This document shows, piece after piece, positions 47,482 to 55,380 of a stretch of 64,000 nt of DNA. The stretch comes from an uncultured virus (IMG/VR IMGVR_UViG_3300035698_017129). Lineage: Duplodnaviria; Heunggongvirae; Uroviricota; Caudoviricetes. The DNA lies in IMG/VR virus record IMGVR_UViG_3300035698_017129. One strand, written 5' to 3'. A program made the position numbers and the translations under genes. Positions within the stretch are counted from its first letter, which is position 1. Each line of letters opens with the position of its first letter. The notes beneath the pieces were generated by a model. The model saw nothing but the letters and a program-made list of their open reading frames with translations. It had not been told where the DNA came from and did not search any database.

Positions 47482-48143
47482 TGGAACGCGACGAGCTCAT
47501 AGAGAAATTCACGAAGCACGAGGTCGAAACGGCCGAGGAGATTCTCTCGTGCCTCAAAGGACCGACGACGACGGACTCGTTCCGCCGCTTACTGCTGCTC
47601 TTCTTGCGCGGACAATACGCGTCACCTGCCAATTACATGGGGTTCGACCACCTCAGCTGCTACGTCTGGACCCCTGACAGCAAGACCAGGTCGCTCGAGG
47701 TCGAGTTCACGCACAACGATGACGACCGTAAACCTGACAAATACCCCGGCATTTACGTCGGGTTTGCGCAGACAGACTTCAATAAAATTGCGCAAGGTAA
47801 TTTCGGAGGACACACCCAGGACCTCGCCGGGACTCATATTTCCAAGGAGGCGATGATCACTTTCGAGATCAGTCACGTCTCAAAAAAGGCCTCGGATGCC
47901 CATGATTTAGCGGAGTTGACGTCCCGCTCTCTCACTGCGATGGCCGATCCTTTGGCCAGAAATGCGGGGGCTACGGGGTTTGAGATGATGGGGATGCGCC
48001 GACCCAAGGAAAAGAAACCTTCACCAGAAAACTATTACACAGTTGCCACACCGGTTCAGATCAAATATACTCTAGCTGTCACTAGAAGCCTCGAGTCTCA
48101 CCGTATCAGGATGATTACCCTGGAATTGGGGTCAACGACCTAA
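47481..48143 (+). CDS. putative tail terminator/completion protein
   Basis: YPGIYVG motif; immediately upstream of the sheath gene. Confidence 0.5.
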   Translation: MERDELIEKFTKHEVETAEEILSCLKGPTTTDSFRRLLLLFLRGQYASPANYMGFDHLSCYVWTPDSKTRSLEVEFTHNDDDRKPDKYPGIYVGFAQTDFNKIAQGNFGGHTQDLAGTHISKEAMITFEISHVSKKASDAHDLAELTSRSLTAMADPLARNAGATGFEMMGMRRPKEKKPSPENYYTVATPVQIKYTLAVTRSLESHRIRMITLELGSTT

Positions 48144-48158
48144 AAATAACACCATACT

Positions 48159-50978
48159 ATGATTGTTCCTTACGTTCGTCCGCAGGACACCATTACGCAG
48201 ATCCTTCAGCAGACTCCGGTTCGCGAAGCATCTCGGAGAAACCCGATTGTAATCGGACCGCAGTATGCCCTCTACCTCAATGATGGTCGAGATCTATCCG
48301 CTGCCAAGGCCTCCTTCGATATCGCCGGAGAGACCCGCGTCTACATCGACGCAGCAGGTAACGCAATCAACCTGACGGATCTTTCGCCGGACACTGCAGG
48401 CGCAGTGCTCTACGGGGAAGACCTCGAAGCGTTGGTCGCCACCTTTGGCGCGACGCTATGGGCGGTGGACACATCTTACGTCAACTGGAGGTCCATCCGG
48501 GTCGCCACTGACACAGTCGCTGGAACCGGAACCATTAACACGACACTCGACAGCCGCCAGGTGACTGTGGGTGACGTTATCTCCTCTGACTGGGACGACG
48601 GTAACGGCGGCACAGGAACTACGCGGCGCCGTGTTACGAGCCTCCTGAGCCAAGTGACAGCCGCCTCACTCCCTGGTGGTGCTGATGCTTCCGCGTTGGG
48701 GCCTTACAACCCGGCCACTAAAGCTTCTGACTCTGCGGTGATTGTCGCCGCCAATACTGACAGCGTGTGGTCTGCCCCTGCTGCAGCCGTCACTGCTGAC
48801 ATCGATATCTTTCAAGCGCACGGCCACACGCCGATCCTTAGCGGAGTGCGTCACCTCGGTGACGTTATCACGCTGACATGCACGACGGCTGGAGCCGCAG
48901 GCTCCGCCAAGTTCACAATCACCTCGCTGGCCAACGGCGTCACAGCTGTAGGTCAAAATTCTGTAAATGCGGGGTCTGGCGAGTTCGAGATCGATCTGAC
49001 GGCAGTTGGTTACGCCGGCTCTACAGTTGAGTTGACTAACTCCGCGGCTGCCATACTGGACCAGACTGCTCAACTCCAGGTTTTCCCTGCTTACACCGCT
49101 AACGTGGTGACCAAGGTTTCTGTGGCGGGCACTTATACTGCGGCCATCGATCGACGCTACGCAGTGGAGATCCTTGCATCCACCACCGGCGGCACGGAAG
49201 CCGACATCTCGGTGTATGACTTGGCAGGTGATGACCCTCCTGTTACTTACACGGACGCCATCGCCGCCGGGGCATCTGCAGCGGGAACCAGCGGTATCAC
49301 CGTTGACCTCGAAGCGGGCACCTACGCCAAGGGAGAGATCTTCTTCGTAGACGCAGTCGCGGCTGTCACCAGCGGCACTGTGTTCGATGGAGTCACCCTG
49401 GACGGCCCTGCCGTTCCGGCTGCCACCATGGAGGCTTACCCGGCTACGACGCTTGATTCGGTAGAGGTCTACCAACGCTTTACCGGTCCACTGGATTCTA
49501 CGAATCTATCCGGGAGTATCGGAGACGCAGTCACTGCGGGAGCAGCTGACTGGTCTTACGCCGCAGCCCTCGGGTTGAACATGGCTGACAGCGGACGAGC
49601 CAGCGTCGCGCTGAGCCCATTTGATGACACTTACGGTGACATCTTCCTCTCCTACAAAGCTGTGGTGTTGCCTAGCGCGACTGAGGGAATGATCGAACTC
49701 GACTCGGAACTCGGCATTACCGACAAGGTCGGCGAGTCCGCCATGGAGAACTGGCTTGGTCGCGGAGCTTTGGAAGCCTTCAAAGGCAACCAGAACAAAG
49801 TGGTCTACGCCCTCCGCACCGGTGGCGACACTGTCGAAGACTTCACAACTGCTCTGCGTAAGATTCAGACGACCGATCAAGTCTACGCCCTGATCCCGAT
49901 GACTGACGTTCAGTCCGTCATGGAATTGGTCGCAAGCCACTCCGACACGATGTCGAACAAGTTTAACAAGAACTTCCGCCGTTGCTACGTCGGGACTGAC
50001 TCCCCGGGCGAGCACGTCTCGTGGGGTGAGCTTCCAGGTGGTGGCTACCGCCGCGGAGACTTCGCATCCTCGGTGTTCACTCTCGATGCAGAGTATCGGG
50101 CTGCCTCACAGTTCAGCGCAGCCGACGTCGGTGCCACCCTCAGGGTGCAAGGCCTGGGTTACGACGCTATCATCCTGGAGGTCATGTCCGACTTCGAGGT
50201 CCTCACTGACGGAGACTCTGGCCTCAGCGCCACAAACTCCGGGTTGGTGATCACTCGTCCGGATACACCAGAGAACAACGCTCTCTTCGTGATTGCCCGC
50301 AGTAAAGTGCTGGCTACTCGACGCGCTGCGAACGTCTGGTGCGACAATCCTACTATCGTTGAGAACGGTCTCACCACCGTTGTTCCGATGAAGTTCGTCG
50401 CTGCTGAGGTCGCCGGCCTGCGTTGCGCATTGCTGCCTCAGCAAGGCCTGACCATGACTGAGGTCCTCTCGGTCGACGCTGCGCCTTCGATGTATACCAC
50501 TTACGAGCCAGCGACTCTGGACGACGTAGCCGCCAACGGCACCATGGTCATCACTCAGGAGTCTGAGGGAGGCGACATCTTCGTCCGACACCAGTTGACC
50601 ACGGCTACAACCGAAGGGGCCCTCGCTTACGAGGACAACGTCGGAGTTATCGTGGACGAGTTCGCCTTCGCAGAGAAGGATGAGTTCCGAGCCTACATCG
50701 GTCGCCGCAATGCGACCCCGGATACGACCGACGAGATCGTTGACAAGTTGAAAGCTATCGCTGCTGACTTCGCTGCTGTCGACCTGACCGATCAGGACAT
50801 TGGCCCAGCAATCCTCTCGTTCTACGACGAGAACGGTGTTGAGGGAGAAGTCACAGTGCGCCAGGACGGCGATCTTGCTGATACCTTGCTCACCTACGTG
50901 AAACTCCGCGTGCCACTCCCACTCAACGGAATCAACCACTACATCGATGTGGAGGTCTCCGAAATTCTTGGCAGCTAA
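48159..50978 (+). CDS. contractile tail sheath protein
   Basis: 939 aa; VYALIP, AAEVAGLR, QGLT, IFVRHQLTT and C-terminal VPLPLNGI are typical of sheath proteins. Confidence 0.8.
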   Translation: MIVPYVRPQDTITQILQQTPVREASRRNPIVIGPQYALYLNDGRDLSAAKASFDIAGETRVYIDAAGNAINLTDLSPDTAGAVLYGEDLEALVATFGATLWAVDTSYVNWRSIRVATDTVAGTGTINTTLDSRQVTVGDVISSDWDDGNGGTGTTRRRVTSLLSQVTAASLPGGADASALGPYNPATKASDSAVIVAANTDSVWSAPAAAVTADIDIFQAHGHTPILSGVRHLGDVITLTCTTAGAAGSAKFTITSLANGVTAVGQNSVNAGSGEFEIDLTAVGYAGSTVELTNSAAAILDQTAQLQVFPAYTANVVTKVSVAGTYTAAIDRRYAVEILASTTGGTEADISVYDLAGDDPPVTYTDAIAAGASAAGTSGITVDLEAGTYAKGEIFFVDAVAAVTSGTVFDGVTLDGPAVPAATMEAYPATTLDSVEVYQRFTGPLDSTNLSGSIGDAVTAGAADWSYAAALGLNMADSGRASVALSPFDDTYGDIFLSYKAVVLPSATEGMIELDSELGITDKVGESAMENWLGRGALEAFKGNQNKVVYALRTGGDTVEDFTTALRKIQTTDQVYALIPMTDVQSVMELVASHSDTMSNKFNKNFRRCYVGTDSPGEHVSWGELPGGGYRRGDFASSVFTLDAEYRAASQFSAADVGATLRVQGLGYDAIILEVMSDFEVLTDGDSGLSATNSGLVITRPDTPENNALFVIARSKVLATRRAANVWCDNPTIVENGLTTVVPMKFVAAEVAGLRCALLPQQGLTMTEVLSVDAAPSMYTTYEPATLDDVAANGTMVITQESEGGDIFVRHQLTTATTEGALAYEDNVGVIVDEFAFAEKDEFRAYIGRRNATPDTTDEIVDKLKAIAADFAAVDLTDQDIGPAILSFYDENGVEGEVTVRQDGDLADTLLTYVKLRVPLPLNGINHYIDVEVSEILGS

Positions 50979-51028
50979 GACAATCAAGCTTACACTGAAC
51001 AAGAAATCACAATCAACCAATCTAAGCC

Positions 51029-51475
51029 ATGAGCGACGTATTTAGCTACGACAACAACATTAAAACCTCGGGGCAGGTTGCCTCTGCCGATTACGCACGG
51101 GTTTCCGTAAAAGCGGGCGGCGGGCGTAATGCTCTCGTCCAAAGCGTAGACGTCAACTATGCCCAGCAGATCGAGGAAGTCACGCAGGTGGGATCCACAC
51201 AGATCTACTGGCTACCTGGCCGACCTCAGGGTCGTTGCAGCGTGCAGTCCCTCGTGGGTGCAGGCGGCTTCTTCTCCGACTGGAAAGCCCCTTGCGGCAA
51301 GATCGATACTGCATCGATCAAGGTCTCAGGCGATAAGTGTGACTTCGAGGGATCGGGTTCACTCTCCTTTGAGGGTGCTGTAGTGGAATCTCTTACAGCG
51401 AACATCACGACTGGTCGTCAGACGATTACTCAAGGCGCGCAGGTGCGAGTGGCGAATATGAAGGCGTCAGGCTAA
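51029..51475 (+). CDS. tail tube protein
   Basis: 148 aa directly after the sheath; VQSVDVNYAQQIEEVTQVGS...PGRPQG. Confidence 0.7.
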   Translation: MSDVFSYDNNIKTSGQVASADYARVSVKAGGGRNALVQSVDVNYAQQIEEVTQVGSTQIYWLPGRPQGRCSVQSLVGAGGFFSDWKAPCGKIDTASIKVSGDKCDFEGSGSLSFEGAVVESLTANITTGRQTITQGAQVRVANMKASG

Positions 51476-51499
51476 AAGAGACCTACAACTTATTTATGA

Positions 51500-51541
51500 A
51501 AATCGCGCAGACTGGGGTAACCGGCTGCGCGATTTCTTTTG
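51500..51541 (+). terminator. intrinsic terminator
   Basis: AAATCGCGCAG...CTGCGCGATTT followed by Ts. Confidence 0.7.
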
Positions 51542-51582
51542 TAGTGCCTTGCTGTGGGGCGAAGTGATGGTTAAGATGGGCT

Positions 51583-54123
51583 ATGCCGGAAACCACAAAG
51601 AAACCTGGGGACGACTTTCCTGAAGTAAAAAAATCACGCGCGTCGCAGGCAACCGCCACTGAGAGCTCGTCAATGCTGACGGCAGGCAGTCACTACACTG
51701 CCCAGGTGATCGCCCGCCAAGGCGACGGCACCTACAAGCTCTCTGTCGACGACCCAAAGGTAGAGCTCACAGGCGTGCAACTCGCCTTCCCTGTCCTAGG
51801 TGGGCTCCTCGGCCTGCAGGTCCGATGCAACCTCCCGGAGCTGACGAAGGTCAAGGTAGCCTTTGGAACTCCGTCTTTTATCTTCGCAGTTATCCCGGAG
51901 AACAACACTGATTGGCTCAACGGCCGCACTCGATCCCTACTCTGGGGGCCGGATATGGACGGTGAGGTCGGTGTAATGGAGAACGCTTTCTCCAGCCACG
52001 CCGAAGATTTACTGGAGGGCGAGGTCGAGTTCGCCAACCTCTATGGCGTGGCCATAGAGTTCCTTACGACGATTCTGCGGATGCACGCCGGAGAGCGGGC
52101 TGTCGTGGAGTGCCACCTCATCAACGATATGGTGCGCGTGATCTCTGGGCAGTATCGCCACATCAGCGGCCTGGGTGAGGACCTTATCTTCGACCACGGT
52201 CGACCCACGATGGAGCGCAACTGGTCTTCATACCGCCACGAGGTGCTGGGCGCATTGAACGAGAAGCAAGGTTACGCCACGATGAACGGCGACGAAGTGG
52301 ACCGTGAAGAACTGGATACGAAGCGCGTAACTGGTATGGGTCGCGATCGGTTCCGTGAGTTCCTGGGATACGCCGGCGACTTCATCCACAGCTTCGTCAC
52401 CGATCCCCCGGAGGTATTGGTGTCTATGGCCTCCGGTACAGCAGACTCCGGGGCTGGTAAGAGCTGGATGCACCGCAACAGCGACGGGTCTGTTATCATC
52501 CAGTCCACCGCGGAGATCCGCATGGAGCGGGTGTGCCGCATTCCTGTCCCTGTGCGCTACGCCTCTCACGAGGATCCAGCGGTCACCCAGGCCCGCGAAT
52601 ACGACAATCTCAGCGCTGCCTTCCTCAAGCTGCCGCAAGCTATTTCCCCGACAGACCCGAAGGACGCCTATCAGATGGCCTACCACATCCGCACCTACTC
52701 CAGGTGGTTGGGTCGCTACCATGCGTTCGCCAGGATGCTGCAGCTCGACGGTGAATACGAGCTTCCCTCCGAGGATGCCTCGCCAACGCCCGATTGGAAC
52801 AACCTGGAGGCGGACCGCCAGGACGCGAACAAGGTCGACTACTACGATGCCTACGCCTGCATCGCCATCATGCGCGACGGCTCGATCGTGAACCACGACG
52901 GCTACGGGTCCTCGATTGTGATGAGCAACGGGAACATACAGGTCAGCGCCGCTCGCCACCTTTACTTTGAGTCTGCTGGGGACATGCAGTTCCTCAGCGG
53001 TGGCAGTATCCTGATGAAAGCCCGTCGCAACATTGAGCTCTCCGCGACTGTGGGGGGTTTAATCCTGCACAGCTACGCCTGGCTCAAAGTCCTGTGCGAG
53101 AAGGGGACCGCGTGGATTCGCTCCAATGCGGCGGCTGACAGAGACGCTGACGACCCGGAACCCAAAGAACCCGGGGCTCCTGTGCCTGAGGTCGTAGGAC
53201 GCGTAGCATCCACATCAGACGGCTACGGCGTGCTGATTGAGGCTGCAGACGGTGCAGCGGCCTACCGCTCACGTAAGGGCGTTACGATCGCCGTGGACGG
53301 CACTCCGGACGACGACGACGACCTTTCCTACGACGCCAAGGTTATCACGAACGGGGACCTGGGGCTGCGAGGCCTACGGTCGGCGTCACTTAACTCCAGT
53401 AAAAACGTCAACATCTCCTCTAGTAAATTGTTCCTGTCGAGCCAGGCCGTTGTATCGGACGCCTCATCTTTCATCGTGGGTCCGGCTGCCAAACCTTTCC
53501 TCTCCATGAGCAACAAGAAGTTGTGGTGCGTCGGTCTCGAAACCATGTCGTTATCCGCCAACTCTTTGAAGGGTCCTAAGCTCGGGCCCGACTCGCCCGA
53601 AGATTCTAACGAGTCCGTCAAGCCGCACTTCAATCACATCGCTGAGTTGTCCACCCCCGTAGTGGCCGCTGAACCATCAGAAGACGTAGCCCTTCTGGCA
53701 GATGCTAAGAAGTTGGTGGCCACACCGGCCGTGCTACCGTGGGGCACAGCAGGGCAAGGACCAGAGTGGGCGTTCCCAGCCAAGGGGGAATACGTGTGGG
53801 ACGACCGGGAGAAGGCCGCCGGCGCGATCCCTGAGACCCTGACGCAGCAGTATCTGCGGTTGGACGCGGAGACATCACCGTCGGACAGGTGGGACGGCGA
53901 AGGCTACGAGGACTGGGACCTGCGGCAAGAGATCTCCGGCCCCCGCACGAACGCATTGAGTGGCTTCGGCAACTACGAGTCGCAATACCAGGCGGCGGAC
54001 GACGGTAAGGACTTGCACACACCGAGTCCCGATGCTGCAGTAGACACGCCGCCTGTCGTGACTTCCTGGACGCCGAAAGACGAATTTTCCATCAAGGTAC
54101 TGAAGCGGGCCGAGGAAGCGTAA
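51583..54123 (+). CDS. putative baseplate hub/spike (gp5/VgrG-like) protein
   Basis: Beta-helix-like run SIVMSNGNIQVSAARHLYFESAGDMQFLSGGSILMKARRNIELSA; position fits. Confidence 0.55.
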   Translation: MPETTKKPGDDFPEVKKSRASQATATESSSMLTAGSHYTAQVIARQGDGTYKLSVDDPKVELTGVQLAFPVLGGLLGLQVRCNLPELTKVKVAFGTPSFIFAVIPENNTDWLNGRTRSLLWGPDMDGEVGVMENAFSSHAEDLLEGEVEFANLYGVAIEFLTTILRMHAGERAVVECHLINDMVRVISGQYRHISGLGEDLIFDHGRPTMERNWSSYRHEVLGALNEKQGYATMNGDEVDREELDTKRVTGMGRDRFREFLGYAGDFIHSFVTDPPEVLVSMASGTADSGAGKSWMHRNSDGSVIIQSTAEIRMERVCRIPVPVRYASHEDPAVTQAREYDNLSAAFLKLPQAISPTDPKDAYQMAYHIRTYSRWLGRYHAFARMLQLDGEYELPSEDASPTPDWNNLEADRQDANKVDYYDAYACIAIMRDGSIVNHDGYGSSIVMSNGNIQVSAARHLYFESAGDMQFLSGGSILMKARRNIELSATVGGLILHSYAWLKVLCEKGTAWIRSNAAADRDADDPEPKEPGAPVPEVVGRVASTSDGYGVLIEAADGAAAYRSRKGVTIAVDGTPDDDDDLSYDAKVITNGDLGLRGLRSASLNSSKNVNISSSKLFLSSQAVVSDASSFIVGPAAKPFLSMSNKKLWCVGLETMSLSANSLKGPKLGPDSPEDSNESVKPHFNHIAELSTPVVAAEPSEDVALLADAKKLVATPAVLPWGTAGQGPEWAFPAKGEYVWDDREKAAGAIPETLTQQYLRLDAETSPSDRWDGEGYEDWDLRQEISGPRTNALSGFGNYESQYQAADDGKDLHTPSPDAAVDTPPVVTSWTPKDEFSIKVLKRAEEA

Positions 54124-54148
54124 CTCACAGAAATCCACCCAACTACCA

Positions 54149-54985
54149 ATGACAAACGAAGAACCAGATCCCGACAGCATATTTGCCGGCGTCCCTGAGG
54201 AGCCTGAAGAGGGCGCCCACACGATGGAGGAAAGCGTAATACCCACCGGAGACGATCCTACCAAGGGTGTCACTGATGACGGCAACCTCAAGATGCAGGT
54301 GCCGCTAGGGGATATTGATCCCTTCGACCACGGCGCCGCGCAGGATGCTGTGCGCGAGCAGCAACGCGAGAACGGCACTGCGCCGCCCGACATGCCGGTA
54401 GCGGAGCCGCTACCGGTTCGTAACCCGGCTATGTCGATGGACGCCAGTGAACCTCTGCAGGAGGAGATGGAGCGGCGCTTCAGTCAGGAGTATGGCGACA
54501 TCACCGTGAAAGTCGACGTCACCGAGCGTGACGCGTTTGTTCGCTCTGCCACACTTGATGAAGAATTCGTCCTCGTTATTGAAATCGACGGCGTAGACAT
54601 GACGGTCACCGTCGCAATACCTCCGGACGAGTTTACAAACAGCGCCGCAGCCGCAGTGAATCACTGGGCCAACGAGGATTTCATCGACAAGGACAGTGAC
54701 CTGCAGTGGTTGCTTGCTTTCCAACAGGTGCACGTGTGGTATCAGGTGCGCGCCATCAATGGCGAGCCCACACCATGGTCTGACTACTGGGCAGACGGTA
54801 TGCCGCCGATTAAGCAGCTGCGCGCCGATATGCGTGACACTGACAACTTCGATGTGTTCTTCCAGATGAACGCCGTGCGGTGGCGTATGATGCTGGACGC
54901 GGTCCGCACTGCTGAGCTGAAATACAAGATCTGCCAGGAGAACTGGCAGGACCGGTCTTTTTTCGGTGGCGCAGATACCGACTGA
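54149..54985 (+). CDS. putative tail assembly chaperone (gpG-like)
   Basis: Upstream of the tape measure gene; in-frame T TTT TTC slippery heptamer near its end. Confidence 0.6.
   Translation: MTNEEPDPDSIFAGVPEEPEEGAHTMEESVIPTGDDPTKGVTDDGNLKMQVPLGDIDPFDHGAAQDAVREQQRENGTAPPDMPVAEPLPVRNPAMSMDASEPLQEEMERRFSQEYGDITVKVDVTERDAFVRSATLDEEFVLVIEIDGVDMTVTVAIPPDEFTNSAAAAVNHWANEDFIDKDSDLQWLLAFQQVHVWYQVRAINGEPTPWSDYWADGMPPIKQLRADMRDTDNFDVFFQMNAVRWRMMLDAVRTAELKYKICQENWQDRSFFGGADTD
54958..54964 (+). other. programmed -1 ribosomal frameshift site (T TTT TTC)
   Basis: The -1 frame reads RWRRYRL without a stop into the MVVAYL ORF at 54985. Confidence 0.65.
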
Positions 54986-55380
54986 TGGTAGTCGCTTATC
55001 TGCGGGGTCTCCTTCGCAACCATAAATTCGGCTCACGCTCTATGGCCACCGAGGAAATCATCCTCGAAGCTTTGAGTGCCGAACTCTTGGCGAAAAACAT
55101 TGAGTCAGGGACGGCGAGTGATTTGGCCATTTTACCGCTGCTGACACCGGAGAGTATTACCAAGACTACGACGCAGGTGGCAGACAGGCTGGGGCGTGCA
55201 GCAGAGCTGCGCCTCCTCGACATCTATAAAGTGGCTGATCAAATTTCTGGTAATCTGAAGCGGGATAACTCGAAAAACGAGCTATCCTTGTATCAAGTCT
55301 ACCAAATTGCAGAGAAAACAGGTATCTTTGAAGCGTTCGACGAACACTACAACGAGGACGACTTCAAGCCGCTTCTATGA
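54985..55380 (+). CDS. putative gpT-like frameshift extension of the tail chaperone
   Basis: In the -1 frame relative to the upstream gene; overlaps the tape measure start. Confidence 0.55.
   Translation: MVVAYLRGLLRNHKFGSRSMATEEIILEALSAELLAKNIESGTASDLAILPLLTPESITKTTTQVADRLGRAAELRLLDIYKVADQISGNLKRDNSKNELSLYQVYQIAEKTGIFEAFDEHYNEDDFKPLL

Noticed and set aside
48666..51020. Long minus-strand ORFs opposite the sheath gene (and similar shadows opposite other genes)
   Set aside because: Antisense shadows of GC-rich coding sequence, with no motifs or expression signals.
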